A stretch of DNA of 64,000 nt, from assembly GCA_963745035.1 (NCBI GenBank), contig CAVUVW010000011.1, positions 263,224-327,223 of the forward strand, read 5' to 3'. The notes under the pieces are model-generated. The model saw only the letters and a program-made list of their open reading frames with translations. It did no database searches and was not told the DNA's origin. Each line of letters starts with the position of its first letter. Within the stretch, counting starts at the first letter, position 1. Shown here in pieces: positions 55,055 to 64,000 of this stretch. The DNA comes from an uncultured delta proteobacterium (GTDB lineage Bacteria > Desulfobacterota > Binatia > UBA9968). Both the position numbers and the translations under genes were made by a program.

Positions 55055-55693
55055 ATGAAAGCGAAGTATATCGTTGTCGAGGGGCCCATCGGCGTCGGCA
55101 AAACCAGCCTCGCCAAGATGCTCGCCGGTGAGTTTCAGGCGCGAACCGTATTCGAGCGGGTCGAGGACAATCCGTTTTTGCCGAAGTTCTACAAGTCCCG
55201 AGAGAATTATGCCTTTCAGAACCAAACGTTTTTTCTTCTCAATCGCTACCAGCAGCAGATCGAGCTGGCGCAGCAGAATCTCTTCAACCAGAACACCGTG
55301 GCGGACTATCTGTTCGCCAAAGACCAGATTTTTGCGACGCTTACCCTAAGCGCCGAGGAGCTGAGCCTTTACCAGCAAATCTACGCGCTGTTGAACACCC
55401 GGGTGCCCAGACCCGATCTGGTGGTCTATCTCCAGGCTCGCCCCGAGGTGCTTTACAAACGGGTCAAAAAAAGGGATAAAAAATTCGAGCGAGGCGTCAC
55501 CTTCGAATACTTGAGCGAGGTGTCTCAGGCGTACAATCAGTTTTTCTTTCATTACGACGAGACGCCCTTGCTGGTGGTCAATACTTCGGAGATTGATTTC
55601 GTCTCAAGCAGCAACCATCGGGCTGACTTGATCAAGGAAATCAACAACATGGGTTCGGGGACGCAGCACTACATACCGCTTGGATCCGGGTAG
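55055..55693 (+). CDS. Deoxynucleoside kinase family protein
   Basis: EGPIGVGKT P-loop, NPFL, PDLVVYLQA. Confidence 0.9.
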   Translation: MKAKYIVVEGPIGVGKTSLAKMLAGEFQARTVFERVEDNPFLPKFYKSRENYAFQNQTFFLLNRYQQQIELAQQNLFNQNTVADYLFAKDQIFATLTLSAEELSLYQQIYALLNTRVPRPDLVVYLQARPEVLYKRVKKRDKKFERGVTFEYLSEVSQAYNQFFFHYDETPLLVVNTSEIDFVSSSNHRADLIKEINNMGSGTQHYIPLGSG

Positions 55694-55790
55694 CCTGGAC
55701 CGAGACGGGCGGCAAAGACGGTAAGCGGGAAGAGGCCGGCGGCTTCTTCCGTCCTCCTTGGCCTTCCGGATCGGTCCGGAAGGCTTTTTT
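55693..55790 (+). promoter_or_regulatory. Structured panB leader with intrinsic terminator (pan-RNA-motif-like attenuator)
   Basis: Hairpins 55693-55710 and 55728-55750; terminator gccttccgga-tcgg-tccggaaggc-T6 (55761-55790) just before the panB RBS. Confidence 0.7.
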
Positions 55791-55805
55791 GTTTGGAGGA
55801 TCGTC

Positions 55806-56609
55806 ATGGGCGATAAGATCACCGTGCCGCATATCGTGAAAATGAAGCAGCGCGGCGAAACGATTACCTGCCTCACGGCGTACGATTATTCTTTCGCCCG
55901 CATTCTCGATGAGGCGGGAGTGGAGATGCTGCTCGTCGGCGATTCCCTGGGCTGCGTCATCCAGGGGAATCCCAATACTTTGGCGGTGACGATGGACGAG
56001 ATGATCTATCACACGCGCATCGTCGCGCGCGGCCGCAAGCGCGCGCTGGTGATCGGCGACATGCCGTTTCTTTCCTTTCAAGCCGGCAAGGATCAGGCGC
56101 TGCACAATGCCGGTCGATTTCTCAAGGAAGGCGGAGCGGAAGCGATCAAGCTGGAAGGCGGCGTGAGCGTTCAAGACACCATTCGGGCCATCGTCGATGC
56201 CGGCATTCCGGTCATGGGTCATATCGGCTTGACGCCCCAGTCGGTGCATCGTTTTGGCGGCTACAAAGTACAAGGAAGAGACCAGGAGCAGCGCAAGGCG
56301 GTCATGCGCGATGCTCTCGCCGTCGAGTCCGCCGGGGCGTTTGCCGTAGTTTTGGAAGGCATGCCGCTCGAGTTGGCGCGCGAGATCACCGAGCAACTTA
56401 CAATTCCCACCATCGGCATCGGCGCGGGCGTCAATTGCGACGGCCAGGTGCTGGTGCTGCACGATATGCTCGGTTTGTTCGATGATTTCATCCCGAAGTT
56501 CGTCAAGCAGTACGCCGATCTGAAAATAATGGCGAGCGGCGCCGTGAAAAGTTTCATCGCCGAGGTAAAGGAGCGCAAGTTCCCGACGGAGGAGCACTCG
56601 TTTAAGTAG
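55806..56609 (+). CDS. panB: Ketopantoate hydroxymethyltransferase
   Basis: [28 protein letters not shown]. Confidence 0.96.
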   Translation: MGDKITVPHIVKMKQRGETITCLTAYDYSFARILDEAGVEMLLVGDSLGCVIQGNPNTLAVTMDEMIYHTRIVARGRKRALVIGDMPFLSFQAGKDQALHNAGRFLKEGGAEAIKLEGGVSVQDTIRAIVDAGIPVMGHIGLTPQSVHRFGGYKVQGRDQEQRKAVMRDALAVESAGAFAVVLEGMPLELAREITEQLTIPTIGIGAGVNCDGQVLVLHDMLGLFDDFIPKFVKQYADLKIMASGAVKSFIAEVKERKFPTEEHSFK

Positions 56610-56662
56610 GAGTGGAGTATCGGAGTAGTGGAGTGATGGGATCGGCCCTCCACTTACTCCAG
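56610..56662. repeat. Degenerate TGGAGT-type inverted tandem repeat
   Basis: gagtggagtatcggagtagtggagtgatgg ... ctccacttactccag; same family as 42158-42245. Confidence 0.65.
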
Positions 56663-56670
56663 CATCAATT

Positions 56671-57521
56671 ATGCGCATCATTGAAAGAATCGAGGCTATG
56701 CGCGAGTGGAGCGAAGCGCAGCGCCGCGCCGGGCGCCGCGTCGGCTTTGTGCCGACGATGGGCTTTTTGCATGGCGGTCATATTTGTCTGGTGCGCGACG
56801 CCAAAGCGCGCGGCGATCGGCTGGTGGTGTCGATCTTTGTCAATCCGACGCAGTTCGGCCCCGGCGAGGACTTTGCCGCCTATCCGCGCGATTTCGAGAG
56901 CGACTGCGAGCTGCTGGAACAAGAAGGCGTGGACGCGCTGTTTTACCCTTCGCTCGGAGAAATGTATCCCCAAGGAGCGCAGACTCGCGTGGAGGTGGAG
57001 CGGCTCAGCGTTGCCGCTTTGCGGCGCACTCCGGCCGGGACATTTTCGCGGCGTTGCGACGGTCGTTGCCAAGCTGTTTCACATCGTGCAGCCGCACGTC
57101 GCGATTTTTGGCGAAAAGGATTATCAGCAACTGCTGGTGGTTCGCCGGCTGGTTCGAGACTTGAACATGGGCATTGAAATCGTTGGCCACCCGATCGTGC
57201 GCGAGCCCGACGGTCTGGCGATGAGCTCGCGCAACGCTTATCTCAACACCGCGGAACGGGCGGCGGCGGTGTGCCTGTCGCGGGCGCTCTGCAAAGCCGA
57301 GCGTTTATTCCAAGCGCGGCGAAAAATCTGCCGCGGCGTTGGTTCGCAGCGCCTTGGCCGAGCTCGAAAAGGAGCCGCTGGCCCAAGTCGAGTATGTGAA
57401 GCTCTGCGACGCGGAGACGCTCGACGAGCTGGAACGAATCGATGATCCGGCGGTGCTCGCCTTGTCGGTACGCATCGGCAAGGCGCGGCTGATCGATAAT
57501 CGGGTGCTTGCCCGTTCGTGA
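56671..57521 (+). CDS. panC: Pantoate--beta-alanine ligase (frameshifts near 57010 and 57315)
   Basis: [43 protein letters not shown] across three frames. Confidence 0.93.
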
Positions 57522-58189
57522 ACAACATGCCGCCGACAAGCGAAGATACGAGCGGAAAGATAAGAGCGCGCTGGAGCGAGAGCCTGCGGCGCTACTTTCT
57601 CTCCGGCCTGCTGGTTTTTCTGCCGGTCGCGATTACGCTCTGGTTTATCGGCTGGGTGATCAGTCTGCTTGACAGTGTGCTCGATGTGCTGCCCGACGCC
57701 GTGCATCCGAATTCCTATCTGCCTTTTGTCATTCCCAAACTCGGCGCCGTCGTCACCTTGCTGCTGATTCTTTTTCTCGGAGTGCTCACCACCGGCGTCG
57801 CCACCCGGCGGTTTCTCGCGGCCTGGGAAAATCTATTCATTCAGATTCCGGTGTTTCGCGGCGTCTACACCGCCGTGCAGAAACTGGTTCAGACCTTTCT
57901 CGGCCAGTCGAACGCGGAGCGCCAGGTCGTGATGATCGAGTACCCGCGTGCCGGAGTTTTCACCGTCGGTTTCGCCATGGGCCGGGCGTGGCATCATTTG
58001 GAGGACAAAATCAACGCGCCGCTCGTCAATGTGTTCGTGCCGACGACGCCCAACCCCACCTCGGGTTTTTTTCTGCTGCTGCCGAGCAGCGAGGTGACGC
58101 CGCTCAACATGACCATGGAAGAGGCGCTCAAGCTCATCACCTCGAGCGGTCTGATCACGCCGGACGAGAAAAGCAAAAATGGCAGGTAA
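57518..58189 (+). CDS. DUF502 family membrane protein
   Basis: [28 protein letters not shown]. Confidence 0.88.
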   Translation: MNNMPPTSEDTSGKIRARWSESLRRYFLSGLLVFLPVAITLWFIGWVISLLDSVLDVLPDAVHPNSYLPFVIPKLGAVVTLLLILFLGVLTTGVATRRFLAAWENLFIQIPVFRGVYTAVQKLVQTFLGQSNAERQVVMIEYPRAGVFTVGFAMGRAWHHLEDKINAPLVNVFVPTTPNPTSGFFLLLPSSEVTPLNMTMEEALKLITSSGLITPDEKSKNGR

Positions 58190-58655
58190 GAAAATTGCCG
58201 CAAGCGGCGAACAGGTCGTCTGCGTCAACCGCCAGGCGCGGCACAATTACTTCATCGACGAGACCTACGAGGCCGGGCTGATTCTCGTCGGCAGCGAAGT
58301 CAAGTCGCTGCGCGACGGCAAGGCCAACTTGGTGGACAGCTACGCGCGCATTCAAAAAGGTGAAGCCTTTTTGGTCAATACGCACATCAGCCCGTACGCC
58401 GGCGCCAACCAATTCAACCACGAACCGACGCGGACACGAAAACTGCTGCTCCACGGCCGCGAAATCGAGCGGCTGACCGGCAAGACCAAGGAGCGCGGCC
58501 TGACCTTGATTCCGCTCAAAATCTACTTCAAAAACGGCCGAGCCAAGGTCGAGCTGGGCCTCGCCCGCGGCAAGAAGCTTTACGACAAGCGCGAAACCCT
58601 GCGCCGCAAAGTGGCGCAGCGCGAAGTCGAGCGATCGATCAAGGCAAGGCACTGA
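58179..58655 (+). CDS. smpB: SsrA-binding protein
   Basis: [30 protein letters not shown]; adjacent to tmRNA. Confidence 0.97.
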   Translation: MAGKKIAASGEQVVCVNRQARHNYFIDETYEAGLILVGSEVKSLRDGKANLVDSYARIQKGEAFLVNTHISPYAGANQFNHEPTRTRKLLLHGREIERLTGKTKERGLTLIPLKIYFKNGRAKVELGLARGKKLYDKRETLRRKVAQREVERSIKARH

Positions 58656-58656
58656 C

Positions 58657-58760
58657 TTTCTAGCTTCCCGGTTTTCTAGTTTCTAGTTGGGCAACTGCGC
58701 AGTGGTGTAAAGGGACGCGTTTGGCCGGTAACTAGAAACTCGCAACTTGAAACTGTAAAC
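58657..58760. repeat. Inverted pair of 7-mer tandem arrays (TTTCTAG)n / (AAACTNG)n
   Basis: tttctag ... tttctag tttctag tt ... aactag aaactcg caacttg aaactgt aaact. Confidence 0.75.
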
Positions 58761-58769
58761 TATTGTCAT

Positions 58770-59119
58770 GGGGGCGATATGGGTTCGACGGAGGTGGGAA
58801 GTCAGAGTGGCATGCCGGGGTACTGTTCACCCGTTAAACAAACAGACTGCTTTAAACGCAGATAATTTCGAATACTCCCTAGCTGCCTAATCGCAGTTAG
58901 CGTCTTACCGGCTTTCTCCCACGGGGTTGGATAAGACGTCATTCAGTGGGATGGGCCGATTCTCCTGCCGGAGGGGATGAGGCCGAGATCCAAACCGGAT
59001 AGCTCAAAGAAACCCAGCCGTTGGGGGCTCGAAGAGCGAGAGCAAAACAGCGGCTAAGCATGTAGTCATATCTGATGGAAAACCTTCGGACGGGGGTTCG
59101 ATTCCCCCCGCCTCCACCA
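58770..59119 (+). ncRNA. ssrA: tmRNA; tag ADNFEYSLAA (58858-58890)
   Basis: GGGGGCG/CGCCTCC-A-CCA acceptor stem with G3-U wobble, T-arm GGTTCGATTCC, tag ORF ending in LAA-stop. Confidence 0.97.
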
Positions 59120-59226
59120 ATTTAGCTTCCAGCCTACTTCCGTCACCTTCCATAAAAACGTTGTAATTCAATAAGCTTACTGATGATATGGTGTCCGGCA
59201 TAGGTCCGATGCTGTCCCGCTACAGC

Positions 59227-59290
59227 TGCCCCCAATCTGGGGGCATTTTTGGGGGCATCATGGTCGACCTGAGAAAGTGAGATGCCCCCA
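59227..59290. repeat. Integrase arm-type site repeats TGGGGGCA(T)
   Basis: tgccccca 59227-34, tgggggcat 59238-46 and 59250-58, atgccccca 59282-90. Confidence 0.7.
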
Positions 59291-59291
59291 G

Positions 59292-60529
59292 ATGCCGCTT
59301 GACCGACATAAAGATTCGCTCGGCTAAGCCTCGGGCCAAAACCTTCAAACTGTTCGACAGCGGCGGGCTTTATCTCGAAGTCAGCACTACCGGCGGCAAG
59401 TATTGGCGTTGGAAATATCGTTTTGCGGGAAAAGAGAAGCGGCTTGCCTTGGGCGTGTATCCCGGACGTTGGCTTGAAGGCGGCCCGCGGCAAGCGCGAC
59501 TCTGCTCGCCAGCAGCTCGCGAACGGCATCGATCCTGGCGAAGCGCGCAGGGCAGAAAAGATTGCCCAAGCTGGCGCTGAGAGCTTCGAGGCGATCGCAC
59601 GTGAATGGTACGAGAAGTTTTCACGCAGGGTGGGTTTCAAGCCATGCCGACCGCATCTTGCGGCGGCTGGAAAGAGACATATTCCCTTGGCTGGGCAAGC
59701 GGCCCATCGGGGAAATCAAGGCGCCCGAAATCTTAACTGTGCTGCGTCGCATTGAAAGTCGCGGGTGCATTGGAGACAACCCATAGAGCGATGCAGAATT
59801 GCGGGCAAGTTTTTCGCTATGCTGTCGCAACGGGTCGAGCCGAGCGCGATCCGACCGGTGATCTCCGAGGCGCGCTCCCGCCGCCAAAAGAAAAGCATCA
59901 CGCCTCTATCATCGAGCCGAAAGCGTATTGCGGAACTGCTTCAGGGCTATCGACGCTTACCAGGGATATTTCGTGACCAAATGCGCACTTCGGTTGGCGC
60001 CGCTGGTGTTTGTCCGGCCAGGCGAATTGCGCCAGTGCGCAATGGCCGGAGTTTGATCTCGAAAAGGCCGAATGGCGCATCCCCGCAGAGCGGATGAAGA
60101 TGGGAGAGCAGCATATCGTTCCATTGGCGCGCCAAGCGGTAGACATTCTGCGTGAACTTGAGCCGCTCACGAACCGAGTGTTTCCCTCACGATCGAATCA
60201 TGCCTCGGTATGTTTTTCCCAGCGCGAGAACGCACGAGCGGCCGATGAGCGAGAATGCGGTTCTCGCCGCTCTCCGGCGAATGGGTTACATGAAGGACGA
60301 GATGACTGGCCATGGATTCCGCAGCATGGCTTCAACGTTGCTGCATGAACAAGGCTGGAATCATCAAGCGATCGAACGTCAGCTTGCGCATGCCGAGCGT
60401 AACCAGGTAAGTGCCGCTTATAATTTCGCCGAGCATCTGCCGGAACGACGCAAGATGATGCAGGCTTGGGCGGATTACCTGGACGGACTGAAAGCGGGTG
60501 GCGAATTACTGGCGGTTGGCGAACCGTAA
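59292..60529 (+). CDS. P4-like tyrosine integrase (multiple frameshifts)
   Basis: KLFDSGGLYLEV, WRWKYRFAGKEKRLALGVYP, VRPGE, MKM, HGFR, QLAH, AAYN, MMQAWADYL across frames. Confidence 0.92.
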
Positions 60530-60628
60530 TCGATTTGGATTCGATTGCTCGTCACGTCCGCCAGGGCGCAGATTCGAAACGGGTGGTAACTAACAGTGCT
60601 CTCGCCGAGAGAAAACTTTCGAGCCGAA

Positions 60629-60892
60629 TTAATGCCACGATGAATCCGCGCGGTCCGCTCGCCGGCTCGCTTGGATTTGTTGGTGTAACCAATCTTGGAT
60701 TTCATCTTCCAACCAGCCGACCGCGCGGCCACCCAAGCAAACCTGCTTCGGAAACGTTCCCAACGCCATGCGGAAATAGATGGTGCTTCGAGACAGGCCT
60801 GTGATGGCTTTAACTTCCGGAAGCCTCATTATCCGATGCTTGGTTCTGCCGCCCGGATGACCGACCAGGGATTCGAATTCTCTTGCGGTCAT
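60629..60892 (-). CDS. AlpA family regulator / putative excisionase
   Basis: MRLPEVKAITGLSRSTIY..GTFPKQV.LGGRAVGWLEDEIQDW. Confidence 0.9.
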   Translation of the reverse strand: MTAREFESLVGHPGGRTKHRIMRLPEVKAITGLSRSTIYFRMALGTFPKQVCLGGRAVGWLEDEIQDWLHQQIQASRRADRADSSWH

Positions 60893-61048
60893 TCTTCATA
60901 CCTCGCCGCAAGTTCTTCGCGGATAATCTGGCGGAGAACATCGTCGATGTTCGCCGCTGTCTGGTGGTCGCCGCCGGCAGGGCGCGGTGCTGCTCGCGTC
61001 TGGTCGGGTGCTTCGTCCTTCTTTCGCTCTGATCTGCGTTGGTTTCAT
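60889..61048 (-). CDS. Small hypothetical protein (probable frameshift)
   Basis: ATG 61048 overlaps the upstream stop; a shifted frame ends IDDVLRQIIREELAARYEE with ATGA overlap onto alpA. Confidence 0.4.
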
Positions 61049-61410
61049 TTTGCCGCCCGTCTACGCCCAGCGGGCGTTACTTCGACGGCTGCGCCACGAT
61101 CGCTCGCCTCGATTTCCTCTAAATGTTTTTTAACCAATGCCTGGTAGTTCGTTTTCTGCGTGGAGAGATTCTCTAGGCGTTCTTCGCTCTCTTCCCATGG
61201 ATGGGTGTCTTCGAGGGAACCCTCCAGTTCTTCCAAGGCCGTCGACAAGAGGTCATTGATAATTTGGGTCTTCGTCCTCTGCGGAAACATCTCGCAAAGA
61301 GCGGAGATTTTCGCGGCCACGTGCACCGAGAGCCTCATAGACGTTTGATTACGCATCAGACGTGAATTGTCTGGTCCGACCCAAGTGTTAATTAAATATT
61401 TCGCTTCCAT
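61045..61410 (-). CDS. Putative ribbon-helix-helix-like DNA-binding protein
   Basis: AGGAG RBS; QTSMRLSVHVAAKISALCEMFPQRTKTQIINDLLSTALEE fits a beta-alpha-alpha pattern. Confidence 0.6.
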   Translation of the reverse strand: MEAKYLINTWVGPDNSRLMRNQTSMRLSVHVAAKISALCEMFPQRTKTQIINDLLSTALEELEGSLEDTHPWEESEERLENLSTQKTNYQALVKKHLEEIEASDRGAAVEVTPAGRRRAAK

Positions 61411-61446
61411 TGGACTGCTCCTGCTGCTCATTAAACTATATTTAGT

Positions 61447-61475
61447 TTTATACAGCACTAAACTAGCTTTGTCAA
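61447..61475 (-). promoter_or_regulatory. Sigma70 promoter overlapped by AAACTA/TAGTTT repeats
   Basis: Minus strand TTGACA-N17-TATAAA. Confidence 0.7.
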
Positions 61476-61582
61476 GCAACTAAGATGTGATGGTCGAGAG
61501 TCCTCGCTCAGTAGCAGGCCCCATTCTTCCTGCTCGCTCGGATCCGCGACCCTAGCGGCCGATTTTGGCGCTCTCTTCGTGC

Positions 61583-63782
61583 TCATGCTGATTTCTTTAG
61601 AATGGTGAGCTGTGGCAGGGCCGGGTTTGCGGATTCTTCCTGCTCACGTTTTTGCTGACGTCGCCTAAGTCTACCCCACCTCAAGCAGAGATACTTGGCG
61701 GTCCAAGGTTGACGATAATTGTTTCCCCGGCGGAGTTTTCTTTCGTTAAACTCAATGGCCATTTCTTCATAGTCGAGGCCGCGCGCAAGCGCGTCTAAAA
61801 TCGCCCTGCGGTGAAGCTCTTCCAACGGCTCGGAGTTTTTCTCAGCCGTATGAAGTAGCCATTCCACCATAAAGCGTGACCACGGCTTTCCCGACGGACT
61901 CGGAAAACCATGGTCGTTAAATTCTTTCGCAATCCACTCGTATGGCCGCCCCTCGCGACTAAGCTCAGCTGCTTTTTCCCGTAAGGAACGAATTTCCCCC
62001 GAGTGTCGATGCGGCTGGAGCCCCAGCTTACGCAAGATGGCACGAATCTGACCCAGGCACAGTACAGTTATCTGGCCGGTGGAATTTTCACCTGTTGCGA
62101 GCCGCTGTCTGATCTCCGGAACCGTGAGATTTTGGTCGTGGAGCTCGCGAATCAAATGGTACCGGCCGAAACCACGCCATATGGCTAGAGACGTTTGGCT
62201 GCCGGTTTTCCACACGATTGTCGCATCGATCCTTTCTTTGGTTGCTCTTACGAGGATCTGATCGATGAGGCAGCGCAGGATCTCTTTTCGATCTTGGTTG
62301 GAGACCCCGGGATGATGCCAGAACGCCGGCACATCGCTCGCGAGGCGGCAGAGCTCTTCTAACTCGTCATCAGTTTCCATCTCTTGGCTTTTCGCCTGTT
62401 GAATGGCGACCTTCCGCTCGAAATTTTCTTTTTCTACTAGGATCGCCTCGAATTTATCGACCGCATGATCATAGACTCTCTGGTGTTTGCCATAGCTTCG
62501 ATCGACTAGCTCCTGGGCCTTGCGCAGTTCTAGCTCGAGCCGTTCGCGCTCAGATTCAGTCCAGTCAAGGCGCGTCCGTTTTGGCGCCGAGTCTCCTCCA
62601 ACGCTGCCTGCAACATCTCAAGCGGTGGGGATTCGAGCATTTTGAAAACCCTTGCAAGCACGTTCGTCTCGAATTCACAGCTGGTAAATCGTGTACACGG
62701 TTCAGTATTCCAGCCGCACATATAGGTCCAGCTATCAAGGCGGTCATAAGTTACCGCTAACGCATTGTTGCATACGGCGCAGCGGAGTAATCCCTGAAGG
62801 ATGGCGGGCCCGCGGCCGGGACGGCGGCGAGCCTCAAAGCGATTACTGCTCAAAATAGATTTGATCTCCTCTTGTTGCTCTTGGGTCATGTACGCCGGAT
62901 GATGGTTAAAATGTTTTATCCACCGTTCCTCGGGAACTTTGATTCGCTGTGATTGGCCATTGGCGAGGACTGGCCCGCGGGGTTTCGATTGTGTTCTTCC
63001 ATAAACGTACAGACCGGTGTAGGCGGGATGTAAAAGAATGTTTCTCACCCGTCCGATACCCGCTTCTTTGAACGACACGCGTTCACCGTGCCTGAATGGT
63101 ATTTGCACTCCGGCTTTTCTTAGCGCGACGACCGTTTTACGGATCGATCGGGTTTGAAAAAACGTATCGATGATCGTCCGCATTGTGTCCTTGGTCTCGG
63201 GGTCGTAGTCATACCGGCCGTCTGGGCCTTCAATCCAACCGACGGGCAACACCGAAACCATCTCACCTTGCTTGGCTTTGGTGATTCTCGCCTGGCTCAG
63301 GAGTCTCACGCGCTGGCTGTTTTCGTGCGAGGCGAGCATGGCCCCAAGTTGCGAGAAAAGAATGTCGTTTGAATCATTCGGATCAACAAATCGCCCTTCC
63401 GTGTGGATTATTATATTGTTCTCTGCGGCGATCCGGCGAAAGAGTTCAAAGTCGAGTAGTTTCCGTGACAACCTAGAGATGGTGACGCAAAAGACCGCTC
63501 CGACCTCGCCGGCTGCCATCATCATTTGCAGCCGCCGCCACCCGGTCCGCCCCTCACTCGAGGAACCCGTGATTCCCAAATCTTCATCGATGATTTGAAT
63601 CTTGGAATCCGGCCATCCGTAGGAGCGCGCAACCCCCGCCAAGCCTCGTTGGAATTCGGTGCTGCCGACGTTGTCGCGAACCTGCTGCTCGCTGGACTGC
63701 CTGATATAAATGATCGCGAGCCGGCGCAAATGATCATGTGTGATCAGTGGATGAGTCTGATTACAGGTTCATCGTTTTTCAT
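61583..63782 (-). CDS. Large serine recombinase with extended C-terminus (frameshifts near 63760 and 62580)
   Basis: ITHDHLRRLAIIYIRQSS, DEDLGITGS, SRLSR, recombinase domain, LLRCAVC zinc ribbon, coiled coil continuous into ORF 61583-62380. Confidence 0.88.
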
Positions 63783-63978
63783 CTAGTTCTCGTTGCCTCT
63801 CGGTTAAGATCCTCGCCACTATTTGGGCTATTAGTTTTTGAGCTGCTTGGATTTCCGGCGGCTGGTCTGGGCTGATCAACGTTGCCTTCGGCATCGATCC
63901 GCTTTTTGATGGCCAAGACGGTCCTTTTAATAGCTTTAAGTACTTCGAGGTCGATAGCGTGTGTCGGGTGTTTTTCAT
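63769..63978 (-). CDS. Small hypothetical protein upstream of the recombinase
   Basis: 69 aa ORF whose end overlaps the recombinase start; helical C-terminus. Confidence 0.4.
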   Translation of the reverse strand: MKNTRHTLSTSKYLKLLKGPSWPSKSGSMPKATLISPDQPPEIQAAQKLIAQIVARILTERQRELDEKR

Positions 63979-64000
63979 GTTTGTCGGTATCCGGTTGTAC

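Larger units (their letters stand above)
59120..64000. mobile_element. Genomic island integrated at the tmRNA 3' end (runs beyond the window)
   Basis: Integrase immediately after ssrA, AlpA, large serine recombinase, visibly lower GC than the core genes. Confidence 0.85.

Noticed and set aside
59292-60529. Calling the integrase a pseudogene
   Set aside because: All catalytic motifs are intact and the background indel rate is high; cannot be decided without reads

Overview
GC-rich bacterial chromosomal window, probably from a deltaproteobacterial-like lineage. Candidatus Binatia is an inference from the abundant solute-binding proteins, the PASTA-bearing FtsI and the gene order. Left part (1-27 kb): a cluster of solute-binding proteins with one permease, a divergent asparaginase-like plus hydrolase pair, two GT87-like membrane glycosyltransferases, an APC permease, yihY, asmA, livHMGF, rhomboid, EamA, mgtE and an FAD oxidoreductase. 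Middle: a C4 zinc-ribbon gene, a degenerate rnhA, RNase P RNA, and the dcw cluster (mraZ-STAS-rsmH-ftsL-ftsI-murE-murF-mraY-murD-ftsW-murG-murC-murB-ftsQ-ftsA-ftsZ) with ddl inverted just downstream. Right: livK, htrA, acpS, mtnA-gshA, nagZ, dnk, a panB attenuator, panBC, DUF502, smpB and tmRNA. The last 5 kb is the left end of a genomic island integrated at tmRNA (P4-like integrase, AlpA, RHH-like regulator, extended large serine recombinase). About 14 genes, including essential mur genes, carry single-base frameshifts, which most likely reflects long-read indel error. The best leads are: a Tyr-substituted STAS protein inside dcw; a secreted CH3-type zinc-finger protein; an asparaginase fold lacking the alpha-amino-binding residues; a panB RNA switch; a family of short-period inverted tandem-repeat hairpins; and the two-recombinase tmRNA island. 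All calls come from reading the sequence; no database searches were run.
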